A stretch of 64,000 nucleotides of DNA, taken from Utricularia gibba (lineage: Eukaryota; Plantae; Magnoliophyta). A program made the position numbers and the translations under genes. The stretch covers positions 5,518,001 through 5,582,000 of the forward strand of contig NEEC01000002.1 of assembly GCA_002189035.1 (NCBI GenBank), in the 5' to 3' direction. The notes beneath the pieces are model-generated. The model ran no database searches, had not been told where the DNA came from, and was given only the letters and a program-made list of their open reading frames with translations. This document shows, piece after piece, positions 37,923-52,734 of this stretch (the stretch's first letter is position 1; the number at the start of each line of letters is the position of its first letter).

Positions 37923-40900
37923 ATGGCCTGCACGAAGGAGGAGTTGACAGTCGGAGGTCGTAACGTGACACCGCCGCCTGATGCAAGGGTATCCGTTGGT
38001 GATACGTTGTTGCTTGCAACGATGTACATGATTGGGATGCCCGTAGACGTCCAGGCGAGAGATGGCTCTGTGTATTCGGGAATTTTCCATACCGCCTCTC
38101 TGGATGATAATTATGGTTTGATTTTTGTTATGTTTGTTCTGATTTCTTTATGAATTGGCTAGATGCTCTTTCATCGATACACAATCTCTTGTATTGACTT
38201 CTCGTCACCCGGTCATCTTAATTTTGAAGTTAAGTTCTTGATTTGTTCTGATTACGTATGGTTTTAGCTATTGTATTGAGGAAAGCGATGCTGCTTAAGA
38301 AGGGGGACCTTGTTGCAAACGTGTTGGCTGATACATTAATAGAGACTCTTGTAATTGGAGCAGAAGATTTTGTCCAAGTTGTTGTGAAGGCAGGTTGCTA
38401 GTGAGTTATTCTTCTTGGTTTTTTACTCAGTTTTTAAATTTTTGCATCTCATTTGCCCAGGGAGATGTCTTTTCTTCTGCTGAAATTACGAGATTTTTAA
38501 GTAATGATGGCTTAAAACTTGCTGAAGCTTGTAAGGAGTCCCTGGATACTGGCTCAGAGGTTGTAGAGACTATCATGCCTAGGTGAGAGAACACTGTTTT
38601 TCTGATGTATGGCGCTGTGTAGTTAGAAATTGATGTTTCTGAAATATTATCTTGGTGATTCGTTACTACTCACATTTAATTACAACCGAATAAGAGCAAG
38701 AACCACTGAGTTTGTACCAAAGGGCTGTTTATTGGTGTTAGAATGTGAATATTGCAGAACAATTGGATGCTTTGACGGAACAATGATTTTTCATGAATTC
38801 TGCATTTTATTTTGTTTGTTTTTCAGGTCGGAAAATGGTGTTACTTGTTTTTCTGTGGCTAGGGAAACGAATGTATTGGGAGCTTCCTTAGGAGATCCTG
38901 GCAATAGATTTGATATGATGAATATTGTTAAGGTGATTGTTATTTGTAGCATATTCTATTTTCTTGGAAATGCAATCTTTCAATATCTGTTTTGTTTTTA
39001 TTCACCTTCTTATGGGATTATTTTTCTTGCAGACAGATGCCACACAAAATTTCTCTATTAATGAAAGGTGCCAAATTTCAAATTCACGGCTGTTGGTTAA
39101 AGACATTTTGTCTGGCAATTCTGTTGTAATTCTTTGTTGTGTTCTACATTTTATGCTATTTGTGATTACAGGAAGGAAGTTGACCATGTAGATGCCGTAG
39201 ACGAAGGCCATGAAAATGACCCTGTCCTTGGGGACATGGCACGGGTATATTTAGAATTTTCCTAGCTTATAGTTATCTCCTCTTTGTATGTAGTCTAATT
39301 TCGTTTATTACAGACTGATGAAGTTCAAGTTCCAAATTCTAATGGTGAGTCATCATCTTAGACTGTTAAAGAAAATGTTACAGGGACGATTGTTTTAGAT
39401 GCTTGGCTTTCAAATCCATCATTTTTTTTTCTTTTGGAAAAAGAAATTTAGTTTCAGCCTGTCTGAATATGAAATTCCCTGTACTGTTATTTCCTTCATA
39501 TGATTCTTTAACTGTGTGTCTATAACTTCTCGGATGATGATTTCAGGAAGCTCCTCTGATAGTCAATCAGATGATGTTCAAATTATCATTCATAATTCGG
39601 TTCACCAAAAACCAGAAGATGTGTTTTCTGATATTAGCAAAGCAGAGCATGATCAAAGTAATGAAAAGCTTGGTACAGATGATGTTGCTGCTGCGGATTC
39701 CAAGATAACTGATTTTATTGCATCTGATCCTGATCCACTGATGCCTTCAAAAGATTCAAGTAGAGAGAAAAGTTCAAAGGTACTTTTGGTGCTCCATTAT
39801 ATATGTTTACGGAAACAAAAAGCTTTTCTTGAGAATCACATGAAAACTGGAAACTGTCAATTAGTAGCCATCTAGTCTTTTGTAAAGGAAGTTTCTTATT
39901 TTTGTTATCTATTTTCTTTACCTCTGACATGACTTCTCGTATTCTAGTCATCTAAGCTCAATCCTGGAGCTAAGACATTCTCCCCATCAGCAATGTACCA
40001 CAGAACAAATCCAACCAATTTTGCGTATGTGCCCATTTCAAGCTATACAGCGACATCATTAGTAGCACAAGATGAAGTTGATGCAAGTTCGTTTGCTCCG
40101 TCATCTGTTCCAATAAAGTATTTTCCATACAGCACATTGAATGATGCAACATATATCCATCCTGTAAGTTCGTTCGTTTCTATCCAGCATGTTTTGGACT
40201 ATAAAATCCGACTGAAACATAAAAACACTCAATTGTTTTACCTCCTGTCTTTAGAAACACACAGTACCATACAGGTCCTTGGCCAAAAGTTATACTTTTG
40301 TTCTGTTTGCAGATATTTTCACAAATAGGAAACAGGGGACTACATTCTAGGTATATTGGCCAATATCAGAGCGTCCAATCGGGGACTCCATACATCCACC
40401 CAAGCACTCAAAATGTGTGACATGAGTATCTTTTTGAACGCATTCATTGACAAAGCTCTATTTTAAATTAATGGTTTTGTTTAGTCTTCAAATATTTTAC
40501 ACTGGAAATTATATTCTCAGATTGCTTATGGAAATGGAAGAATTGGACCTGTTGTTTTCATGCATTCAGTTTCTGGTGTAAGTGTCCAAAACTCTCCCTG
40601 CCCTCCGTTCCCCACACCCTTAATAATCATTTCTTGACATGTTACATTTATAAATAATGCTGCAGGATCCGGTACCAAGTGCTGTTGGTTTTTCTCCTGC
40701 AGTCGTTCCAAGGCCCATCCTAAATACAAATCAGGCGCATATTTCCAAGCATCTAAGTAAGCAACTCTCAAGATCTTTCATTTGTAAACCATGAGTGTGG
40801 TTGTTGTCTAGAGGAAAGAAGTCAGTGTTGCAAGGTGCTTGTTTCTGGAAAGACGTCATTTTTGGTTATATGATCCATGCATCCCAACCATACTGTGTGA

Positions 40901-41124
40901 GTTTTTTTATTGTTTTATCATTCACATCCCATGCTTACCAAAGAATGAACGTTTCACCTCGCAGGAACCAGTTCTCCTCAGGCAGTACAAGTTACAATGC
41001 CTCCTGGACAACTGCAGTTTCTAACGCCAGCTCCCATACCCCTCCCACAGGCATTTCCTGTATCCTACCCTGTCACAGTCCCAGGACAAATGGGATCCTA
41101 AGCACCGAGTCTGCCAAAAAATAG
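37923..41124 (+). CDS. Ataxin-2-like SM-ATX (LSm) and PAM2 motif protein (CID16/CID17 type)
   Basis: Exon 1 (37923-38115) LLLATMYMIGMPVDVQARDGSVYSGIFHTAS; PAM2 motif SKLNPGAKTFSPS at about 39950-39990; Pro/Gln-rich C-terminus. Stop at 41099-41101 as assembled, or 41122-41124 if one G is missing. Confidence 0.85.
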
Positions 41125-42280
41125 CAGCACCGGTACACCCTAATAAGCCTTGGTGCTTCCTCGTTGCTTCCTCAAGTTTTTGCCACCCTATAGATCATCT
41201 CTCTCTTTTTTTTTTTCTTTTTCTGAGCTTCCTTCTGTGGTCCATATAATGGGTATCAAAATTTTGGAAAGGGGGTGCCTTGTCCCTCTCGTTTGAATCT
41301 GGTTAAATGTGACGGTGAATGTGATTGAAATGGGGGTTACGGAGGAGCCTATGTGAATTTTGAAGTAAACGCAGCAATGGAAATAAAGAGGCTCAGTATT
41401 TCTGTTTTGTAACAGTAGACATCCTGTGAGAACAAACAGGTCGAGATGATTAGCTTCTTTCTTTTGTTTTTTGATAATGTGCTACATTTAGTTACCCAAC
41501 AATCAGCTTTGGTAGCGGAGGACTTGCCAACGCCCAAGATTTCAGTCTGCTTGTTTGGTATTCTTACGTTAATAATTCATTCGGGTGCGGAATTTAAAAA
41601 TATTGAGAAATGTTTTAATAGACATGGTAGATGAAATAAGGATATACCATAGGGTGAGATATATTTAATCGATGAGTTATAAATAGTATAGAAAATGTGT
41701 TTTGAAGGCATTTATATGATAATATAATTATGTGTTTAATTATTTTTTAAAAGAATATTAAAGAAAAACTTTACGTAAGTCCCACCTCTAGAATTTAGGG
41801 ATATTAAATTTTAATTTTTATAAATTTTATTCAATTTAAAGTTAAGGTTAACCACCCACACCCTTGGCATCTCTGGCAATTTTAATTTATAATCTTGGGG
41901 TGCTGACTCTGAGCAGATCATGACATGAAAACACAAGGAAACACTTGGAGATCCAGGATTAGAAGAGTTGAGCAGTGCCATTAAACTGGGCAAGTTAGCA
42001 CTTTGATTAGGATGAAGGAGAAGGCACCATTACAAAACAATCTCAAGCTGAGCCTGGGGGAGGCATCCACTTGAAAAACGTACTCTTTTCACTCCTAAGT
42101 ATGGAAGTGGTATAATCACCCGACACAGTTTTCGGCTCAAAAAACCTTCTTGTAAACAGATATCACACCTACGGCAGGTAACTGCAGTGTAAACACCCCA
42201 ACAAATTCGTCCAGACTCACCTTTTGTCCTGAGGCTGGACGGTGGTGGAGCTTGGATGACCAGCATCAAAAGTGTCCTGT

Positions 42281-44957
42281 TCAGAAGGTTGTGTTCCATA
42301 ATGCGGCATCCCCTTCTCCACACCTCCGGTGAACTTCCTTGATCCTGTCTGCAGAGTTGCAAATCCCACTGCAGCTCCAGTCAAACGAAGCAACACAGGC
42401 GTTGCCTGCCTGGGCCTTCCACTCACAGTCTGCAATTTTGGTTACACATTTGAGAGGCTTGACTTTTTCATGTTGTTCCAATGAATCACTTAATAACTCC
42501 TAGTTGTTTCATTCCCTTAACATGAATTTCTTTGGGAAATGTAAGGATGCATTCCACAGTGCATTCGTATCAGCGGACTGGGGGAAAGAGGTTACCAGGC
42601 GGTGTTCCACAGCATAATCGCCTATCATCAATATGCTCGACATCCAATCCAATGAACCAGGATCCCAGTGAGACATCTTCATTTGCGTACTTGTGCAAGA
42701 CATGCCTAACTCAGCAAAAATTTGTAAGGTAACACCAGTTTCTAATTTCAGATGTATTACAAACAGCACAGCAGGGGAAAAAGAAGATGCTCACTGGTTT
42801 ACTGATATATATGTAGCCAAGTCTCTGGAAATTGCATATAGTTGCCCTGTTGCATGACGGAAATACTTGTTACCCTGCTCACCAAATTTCCAATGCTCAG
42901 GCTCATGATATCTTACACCCCTGCAGTAGAATAATGCAAACAGCATTGAGATGGTAAGAAAAGGGAGTTCCTGGAACAAAAGTTGAATGAAATTCTCATA
43001 CTTTTGAGCTAATACTGGCCCGGATTTCATGCATCCTATGTACACCCTTGGCTTTGAATGATGACGACTCAGAGTTGCAGCCAAACTTCCTGCAATTAAC
43101 AAACATTTCCAACATAAAGTTGTGACACTTGACAAACGGTTTCTTATAGGTTATTTTGTTATCTCCTAAAACCATATACACATTCACAAAAAAAATGAAA
43201 ACTTATGTCACATAGCGTGCTTCTTACCTACATTTACATGGACATCATCATCAACTTTAACATAGAAATCCGCATTCCAAAGTTGAGCAGCAGTAACAAA
43301 ATATGTCTTTGTCTTTGCTGACAACTCAAGATATCCTTCCACATGTTCCTTGAATATTGCAAGAAGATTCAAAATTCTGATAATATTTGTCAATCCCTGA
43401 AAAGAAATATAAAAAAAAACAAAAATTACCAGTCTCAGAAAATCCCCATGCTTCCTATCCTCAGCTTCAATGGCTCTATCCAGAATACCACCTGCTGTTG
43501 CACTGTGTACAGGTGAACAAAGAAAAATATCAAGTAAGAAATCCTTCATAGTCAAGAAACACTAATCAGAAGACAGCCAGTAGAAAGCCCACGTCAGCCA
43601 AGTCTAATGTCCTGAAGATGCTAAATTATGATTACACACATGCCAAAGTTTCCAAGGTAATCCCAGTGACCATTCAAAAACAAAATCCTTCCTCACCTGT
43701 GACCGATCACAAAACGAATTATGATGCCTTTTTCTTCCTCTAGCTTTTTCCGTTTATCACCTAGATCGGCCAAAGCAATTTTAGGCTCTAGCAATTCAGA
43801 ATGACAAATATGTGTAGCATGAAACTTAATAATCACCTTGAGGCATCCAAGTAGCACGCACTGAATCTCTTCGTCTACGGCTGCTAAAAGCAGTATTTAT
43901 GCCGATTACCATCAGGTATCTCCTTTTTCTTGATGAGTCAAGAATCTTTGACTCTTCAGAGAAAGGAGAACCGGTGAATAAAGTATCTTGTACAGATCTT
44001 GCAGCCGCCAGCTCCGTCTCCAAATTTGAAATTGTCTTGTCAAGACTTCTGCACGTTTAGATGGCCCTTAGTTACAGTATCAGATTTGAATGTAGTGAAA
44101 TAAACATCATCGACGCAGAAATACTTACAGAATATCATCATGTCTCTTAAGAACTTCACTTAGTACATCGTCTTTGGATCCACTCTTTACATCCTTCTAC
44201 AACAAGGGATATAGGAGCATGCTATAGATTAATTATAGAAGCTAAGCTGGTTCCAATTATCATAAATAATTGCAAATCAGTGAGCTAGAGCATCAACATT
44301 AAGGTGTCTCTGTACTTGTGTAGCTTTACCCTCTACTTTTCAAAAATTTAAGAACAGCGACAAGGTGAAACCTCCACAGTAAATCAATCTAAAATGAGAA
44401 AGCAAAACATGACAACAAAACCTGTGTGTGCCTTTGTTTTTCACTTGAAATCATTAAAAGCTTCATTGAGGATTGAATAAACCAAGTAGCAGCCACCTCA
44501 ATTCACACCAAATTGAAACAGAGAAGGGATAAGAGATAAAAGGCAGCCACGCCAACACACAGTGGCATCTTGCAAGAAGGAACTGCGAGAAGTTCAAAGT
44601 GGACGTGAGCGATCACTCACAGTGTAAGGATCATAAACATCTGAAACGAGCTTAAGATTCTCTTCTAATGTTCCTCTTGGCGGTGTCAAACCTTCATCTC
44701 CTGGAACTGCCCACATCCTGCGACAAGAAAATAGATCAATCACGCCCATCCCGAATCCAAAATAAAGGGAATCATTTCGTGCTCCAATGGCATCATTCGT
44801 AACAAACAAATCAATTTCATGAGAAAACAAAAGAAATTAACCTGTCAGTAAAGAGCGTCCCAGCAAAGAAGCAGCCAATACAAAGAAGAAGAGTCAGTTT
44901 TCTAGAAACAACATTCTTGGAAGAAACTGTCTCCACTCCCCTGCTCTTCCAGGACAT
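42281..44957 (-). CDS. Beta-1,3-galactosyltransferase (GT31, DUF4094 N-terminus; B3GALT2-like)
   Basis: Starts MSWKSRG with an N-terminal TM segment; [16 protein letters not shown]; [21 protein letters not shown]; [12 protein letters not shown]; [11 protein letters not shown]; [13 protein letters not shown]; CGEG..W C-terminus. Confidence 0.95.
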
Positions 44958-47201
44958 CCTCAAATCTCACGAACTTTCAGCCAAGAAATGAATCCACCGC
45001 CTCAAATGCCTCCAACCGTCGAGCAATAATCCAAAAAGTTAGCCACCCACATCACAGACACACTGGAAATAACTGCTTTTGCAGCTGGAATTATGATTAC
45101 GAAACAAAATCTAGACAAGTATGCGAAGATCAGGCCAGAGAGAACTGGCTACAAGTACGATTTCTCTGCATTGATGTCGACAAAAAAAGCCAATTTTTGT
45201 GCCTCACACCGACAGAATTCTTCAGAGTTGCGAAGAAGAAGACGAATGGTGATACAGGAAAAGGTTGTGAGAGCGAACAGAATCGACCCACCCGCCAACC
45301 ACCCAACTCCTGCGCCAGTGCAATGTAATCAATCTACTGCTTTTTAAGCTCGTAACTCAGGCTCTTTATTTCATCTTTTATCAGCTCGCGTGTTTACTTC
45401 AATTACCGGAATCAAACACCAACCGTACACAATACAATAAAATCAGGAAAATTGTCCGAATTTTATTTCCAAAAATATATATTTATACCCAATATTTAGA
45501 TAAATATATTAATATTCTTATTAGGAATTTAATCACACGTTACAAGGTGTAAAGGTAAAATACATAAATGTTATTATTTTTTGATAATGAGATTTCATGC
45601 TTACAAAATGTTTTCTATAATGTGAATTAAATAAAATGTTTGGAAATCAATTTCATTCTTCAAAAATAAATTTGTTCTTGTATAATGGATTCATTAATTC
45701 TATGAAAATATATTTTTGAAAATCATTTCAATTTTATTAGAACTAGAAAATAATAACTGTCCTATAATAAATGTTTTTTTAGAATTAATTTTATGACTAA
45801 ATTTATAATTCTATTTTTATTGTATAATCAATATAATTTTTTACATAAATTCTTTTACAATCAATACATTTTTTATTCAAATAAATTATTAAAATATTTT
45901 TTATTTTTAAAAAATAAAATTAATACGAATATATTTAAATAATAATAATAATTTAATTTATCGATTCATAATATTTTTATAATATCAATTATGTCTAAAT
46001 ATAATTTTTTAATTATCAATTCATAAAATATAATTATGAATAAATATATCATTCACTCATATATTTACATTTCAACCTGAATCAGTTATATAATATTATT
46101 CTTAAATATACGTCTAACATAATTTTGAAAATGTTTTTTCAAACATAATTGAAGTATATTAGTAAAAACAAAATCTATTAAAATCAGAATCTTATTAGAA
46201 CAATTTAATCAACCTTAGAATTTATACTCCTGGTTCATATTCTCACATGATTTTGAGAAAGTAAAAGCTTTTCTTTTTCTTTTTTTTTTTAAAACGCATT
46301 AAAATCGTAGTTTCCTTTTTTTGTGAAAATGTTGTCAAAAATATAATTAATGTACCAATGTTGGGTAATAAATATGATTAAAACATGTAGCGGTAAAAAG
46401 GGTGGGCTATGGACAAGTCAGAAATAAGGGGCTATCCATCTATGTGTAGGAATAGCTTAGCGTGCCTTGTCACAACATTTACTCCCAACTTTAGAATTCA
46501 GTAATTTTGTCCAAGTAAATAATTAAAGATACGTAATTTAATTTTTTGTATACCAATTTACAGTTAAATTCGAAAAATTGGAATATATTCTACATCTATT
46601 TTTTAAAAATTATGTAAAATAGAATCAATTTTAAAATTTTATAAATAAAATTTAACTTTTTAATTATACAATTATTTTATGTAAAATTCAAATATTGTAG
46701 ACTTTACTATATCAAATTATGTTAAAGATCGTTTCATAGTTGAATATTAGTATGTTTAAGTATAATATAATTGATTATATATATATACTTAATTATAAAT
46801 AATATTTGATATTAAAATAGAAATTTGAATATGTGAATAATTTGATAATATAAATATAATTAATTATTTTATACACTTGTATATATTATTCATATATTCA
46901 AAAAATAAATATATGAATAATATATATATCATGTAATTAAATAATGATATATATGTAAATTTAAATATAAATTTTCTATACCAAACTATCAAACACTCTC
47001 TTACACCATTACAATCCTTTCCTCTCCAAATAAGTTTGAATGATACAAATAAAATGGTATTTGTACAAAGCTGACGTGTTGCTTTTACATCGTAAGTCGA
47101 CTTCACTTCTCAGGATGCCTGACTCGATGCTGAAGTACAACAGGGTACAAAACCCTGGAGGTTTCTGGTTTCCATGGACCTGGGAGGAGCAGAGCAGCTT
47201 G

Positions 47202-49830
47202 TCACAAGTTCTTCAGGTTCAAGGATTTCAAAGCCTTTGAAGCAAGGGCTGATGCTTTGGCCGTCGAATCCCGCATCATCCATTCCCTCTCGGATCTTCG
47301 TTGATGCTGCCTTGCGTTCTTGGCCCTCTTCGGTGCAAGCCGAGCATCTCTCTCCAGAAATGCCAGCCTGAATTTTTCAGCCACTGATATCTCGTTGGAA
47401 CCTGGAGCTGGTAGAAGTGGAGGTCTCAGTGATGAGTCGAATCCCTGCACTGCCCACGTCTTTGGATCGATGTTTTGGACGATGGGATCGTCTAACGCAT
47501 GCTGATGTAATGCTTCTCTAGGAACGTCTGCGCCCCTGAGTCCCAATAGAGACGGCTTTGGATTTACCACGATTCGTGGGCATTGCATGGCCATGAGCTC
47601 ATGAGTGCTCTTTTCTATCTTTGGCTGTATCATTAGAAATACCGAGTTGATCATGATCGAAACGTGGAAAATCGCAATGATGAAATATCAAGAAAAATGA
47701 AATATGCTCCAAGTTTGAGGAGAAGCACATACCCATACTAGCCATCGAAGTGATGGGGTACCTTGAGCCAGCTCGGCTGCATCAAGCTCTTCCCACGACT
47801 CCCCCACACTGTTGGTCAGGTTTGGCTTCAGGAGGCTCAAGCATTCATGAGCAATATGTTCGCTTCTTGCGCAACCACTGCAATATAAAGTTTCATTCAT
47901 TCCTGTCATGAGGAAACCAGCCAAGATACGCATGAAGCCAGTTTAGGTAGCCAAATCAGTAAAATGCAGCTATTTACTTTTATAAGCAAAAGCCACAGTG
48001 TTCTCTAATGCATGGCAATTCGAAAGTGAGCTTTTTAAGAAAAATTCTGGCAGATGGTTTAAAAGAATGGATTCAAACATACGGGGAAAACTCACAATCG
48101 AAAAGGGTCCACACGACAGTCAGATAAAAAGAACCAAAACATCAGAGTTTAAGTCATTTCGGAAGAAAAATTTAGCTTTATTCTTCCAGGAAATTACCCC
48201 GCGAAACTAATGAAAGTCACAACAGCATCAAGGAAAAAACAAAGCCTGCTTCATTCTTCTGTAGAAAAGATTAAACCGAACAGGCAATGCCAAAGCAACA
48301 AGAGTAAAAAATGAAGATTCCAAACCATAAGGATCAAGGTAGGTGGAAAAACAAAAGAAGAAGAATGAAAGATATTGTGAGCTTCTGAAATTGCTTCTCC
48401 TCCCATGCATTCCATTGTTACTGTTCTACTAGTGCAGATGTCAGCCAGCGCAATTACTAGTTGAATCTGTTAGTAAGTTACAGAGAACCATATCTACATT
48501 TATCGGTGACTACCCATTTACAATGTCCCAGCTTGCAGATTTTAAAAACGCAAACCTATTCTTTTCTCTACCATATTCTCTATAACAAAGAAGAATGCAA
48601 TGTCCAATGCTGGAGAGAATTCAAAGAAATATATGACTCAAATGCAGATGACTACTACAGAGAGAGAGAGAGAGAGAGAGGGAGAGCATGTTCGATCTAT
48701 TATGTTAAGATAGTGGTTTGGAAGATAAGAGCGTACCCCCATCTCAGGGTCTCAACTGAATGACATTGTTGAAGAAGTTCGGAAACTCCTGCGGCAGTAA
48801 GATGGCTGCAATCACTAGAAAATTATAAAATTCTTAGCCTGAAATTAGTAGAGCTCGAGTAAACTGAGGTTGCTTCTAGCATTCAACAGCTGAGCATGTG
48901 ATTTCTTGACAGGTTTCACGTATTTAATGTATGAATGTACTTGACGCAAGGCATGTTTGTTTCCCTAGAGTCAAAATGGAATATGAAGATTACCTGATAT
49001 CGACTGCTTTGATATTTCGACATACATAGGCAAAGTAGTGAAGCCCAGAGTCAGAGACACTGGAACCTGATATATCAACAATCTCCCAAGAACTATCGGC
49101 CAGTGCAATTAAAACACCATCGTCTAGCAACTTCCTTCTTCTGGCAATAGCAAGGAACACCAACTGCTTGATAGGCCATGTACAACACATCCACAATGTT
49201 GATATGATGATTTGAAAATTGAAAACAAAAAATGTCTTCAAATGATATGAGAGTCCTGGGGTGTCACTAAAGCTCAACGAAAAGAAAAGGAACAAATAAC
49301 CACAATAACTGGGCATGTTCTTGGCAACAATCTTTAGATCACAGAATCTCTTTCTATCATTGAGCTTCTAAAATTTTTAACAGAAAGTGGCAAATAGGAT
49401 TACCCAAATAATAAGAAGGTCAAGTAACTGCAGGTATGATATCAAATCCAAATCTTGATAATAACACAGACCATTGTTATGGCTTTTAGCCCAAATATAT
49501 AGTTCTCACCTTGATATGGGATGGTAGAGCAGGCGCAATGTCAGATAAGTGATCGATAATATCCTCAAGATAGCAGCCGATTTTACCAAGACACAAGTTT
49601 AATAAGCTCGGGGGAGACAAAGTCGAATTCAATAACTCTGCATAAAAAGAATGTACTCAACTTCCAATTCGAGACAAACAATGAAATTTATCGACAAAGA
49701 ACATACGGGATTGCTGGGAAAAGCTGAATATATCCTGTTTCAGGTTCAATTTCGAGGCACCAGTGCTCGATCGCAGACTGCGTGGGCACATGTTGACTTG
49801 TGACGGCACCTTCGTTTTCGGTTTTTCCAT
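47202..49830 (-). CDS. RNI-like/LRR protein (AMN1-homolog type)
   Basis: Spliced frame gives PPSLLNLCLGKIG..LEDII, AIARRRKLL..LADSSWEIVDISGS, SWEELD..SLRWLVWPKI and AEKFRLAFLERDARLAPKRAKNARQHQRR; stop at 47202-47204. Confidence 0.88.
48659..48686. repeat. (AG)n microsatellite in an intron
   Basis: Run of GA dinucleotides, about 28 bp. Confidence 0.9.
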
Positions 49831-50639
49831 CAAAAAGATCAGGGACGCAGCGCGAACACAATCCCCAGACGCGAGCGACCTGATTCCGGATATCCAATCG
49901 AACTCCGATTATGCCGGCACCAAATTTACTTCGCCGTCTCATTTTAATATCGTTTCGTCTTCACAATTTTTTTCATTTTATTTCTTTTAATTCACATTTT
50001 TTTATTATATACATCTCGAGAGATAAAATAAATTAAACAGATTTTTAATGTAAAATTGGAGAAATCGCACAAAACCAAGAGATTCGTCCAAACTTGTCGT
50101 CATTACATTATTATTTATTATTATTATATTATATTTATATATTTATTTATATTATACTATATATATTATAGTAAAGTATGATGAAATAGTTGATATTATT
50201 CAAAAAATTAACTCAGATTCAATATATTCATTAAAAATTTTTATAAAAAATCATCAACTAGAAATATCAGCGTCACAATAACTGAATATTTTATACCCAA
50301 TGACAGAAAAAAATAACAAAAAAGAAGAAAGATTACCTTTCTTCTATTCTCAAAATGTATAAAATTGGTATGGGATGAAAGATTTTACACCAATTTCAAT
50401 TTTTATATCTAAGTACATCAGAGTATAATGATTTTAATAGAAATTTTTATAACTTCTTAAGGATAGAGGGCTGATGCATTTATTTGTTGTATTAGATTAA
50501 TTAATATTTAGTGCTATTTCTACATATTTATTACATATATTTAGATCTTAATTCAGGATTAAGTTGTTCTAAAAGTTATATTTATAATTATTATATTTTA
50601 TTTAAAAATATTTTATATATATATATATTTTTTTTATGT

Positions 50640-52010
50640 TATGTTTTTATGCACTTTCATCAAAAAATTGCAAAAATCAATTGATGATATACGTTTTCTT
50701 TGTATTTTATAATACAAAATTATTATATTTTACTGTGGTTTAGGTTAGGTTTGTATGATTTTTTATGTTTTATGTGTTGTTTATGTTAATTTCATGTTTT
50801 TGTTGAAAATTAAACTAAATCCTCTGATTTAATCCATCTTTTATTACTGATGTATAATTAAGTTTAGCAGGAGTATTAGTAGTAAAATTAGATTGAGAGA
50901 TGTATGGATTAAGTTAAAGGGCATAACATTCGAAGGGAAACAAAAAAACACTGTTATGTAGCCTACAGTCTGCAAGTTCAAGCCGAGAGCATTACTAGTG
51001 TTAGGAATAGTGCAATAGAATAAATAACGGGAAATCTTTTTGGAGGAGAGAAAAACCCCAATGTAGAGAGCTTCATTAGAGACATCTTTAAGAACATGAA
51101 CACCTATCCATAAAAGAGGAAGAAGGAGACTCACGACGAAAACTACCATCCTCAAGAACACCATCAAGATCCAGTTCAACACTATTATTTTTGGTCATAA
51201 ACAGTGGCAAATGAGAATTAGAATAATCTTTTACTTTATTTTCGTTTGCTGAATATTTTTAGTTTCTATGACTAACTTACTCATAATGTTTCTGTTACTT
51301 TGGCTATTTAATCTTAATGATATTATGTTTTATTTTTCAAGTATGAGTGATTAGATCTTATGGATGCCTTCGGCTAAAACATGGTGCTGTGGAGCTAGGG
51401 TTTATAACCCAATTCACCGTTATTTCTTAACTTTTGTTTCTATTATTCCATGGATAGAACTAAAGAGGGAAATGAACACCTTTGCAACTTAGATCTTTGA
51501 TTTAGAGTTAAACTAACAAATCAAAGTGGAGACAGTAGGTATTAATATATAATAGAACCAATAGAAATGAGTAAACTTAGTTCCATATACCTTGCATGTG
51601 GGTAAACCTAATTATGACGTTGGTGATGATATTTGGGACTATATTAGTCAAGAACATGATGAATAACATGTGTAAACTTTGGTTGTTTGAAATTGTGAGT
51701 ATAAGAACGAAGTAAATTAAATTAGACATTTTAGTACCACATCAACTGTATATTCTTAAGGCATCTTAATATTATTTTGTATTATAACCAATATCTATTA
51801 TTTTCAGCATTGAGACTTGATTTTGTTTATTGAACTTGTCTACCATTGTTAGTTTGGTCTTAGACTAATAATAGCGTTTATTATGAATTTTGTATCTCTA
51901 AAACACTTTGCAAACACTAGTTCCTTGTGATCGACCCAAATCTACTATACAAGTTTTTATAAATTTGTATTTTGTGTAAATTATGGATTATAAATTTATT
52001 TGATATGAGG
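50640..52010 (+). mobile_element. Degenerate gypsy (Athila-like) LTR remnant
   Basis: Motifs typical of Athila-type LTRs (TTTATGCACTTTCATC, GGCTAAAAC..CTAGGGTTT, TCCTTGTGATCGACCC). Boundaries approximate; no TSD found. Confidence 0.4.
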
Positions 52011-52734
52011 ATTTCATTTCTTGCAATATTGAAGAAGACACTGTACATGGAAGACAATGATTTTAAGACATTTTCGTTTATCATCAATGTTGGAATATGG
52101 AAGAAGACTTCAATTAAATAAATACTATAATTTCATAGCTTGTACATAAGTAGGATTCATTCTAAATGGAAAGCTCACACTGTACATGATTTATGCCTTA
52201 CGACATATAGAAAAATCTACTATGATGATTAAAAAAGCTTCTTGTACAAATGAAAAAAGTTGAATATATGCAGAAGACAATGATGGAAGAAAAATAAGGA
52301 AAGTAAATTTACTTTGGATTGCAAATTAAAACAAATCTCGAACTCAATAGATGAAATTTTTTTCTTTCATTTTTCTCACTAGAACTTTGTATTACTTTTG
52401 TTATTCTTTTTCACCATAGGGAGGGAAATGACTTGTATTTATCTATTTTCATTTCATTTTGTCATCATCATTCATTGGTAAACTTTTTTAATTTATGTGA
52501 ATTGATGAAGTTTCTTTGAATATTTTGAGCACAACTCTCGGTTATTCATTGATTTTCCTCCGAATTTCATATATTACCATGTATAATGTTATAATCTTTT
52601 TTCAATAGCTCTTAATTATAATATATGAGTAACCAAACACTCTTCATAGATTTTGATATAAATCAAGGTAAAGAGCATCATCTTTAACTCTATTTATTTG
52701 AGGTAGATGGCGAATTGTTTGTGATTAAAATACT

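Noticed and set aside
42030-42362. 110-aa minus ORF as a galactosyltransferase extension
   Set aside because: Different frame; the conserved protein ends at the stop 42281-42283, the rest is 3' UTR.
49600-49710. Suspected frameshift in the AMN1-like gene
   Set aside because: Recounting shows exon 1 and exon 2 join in frame (…SQQS-Q-LLNSTLSPPSLL…).
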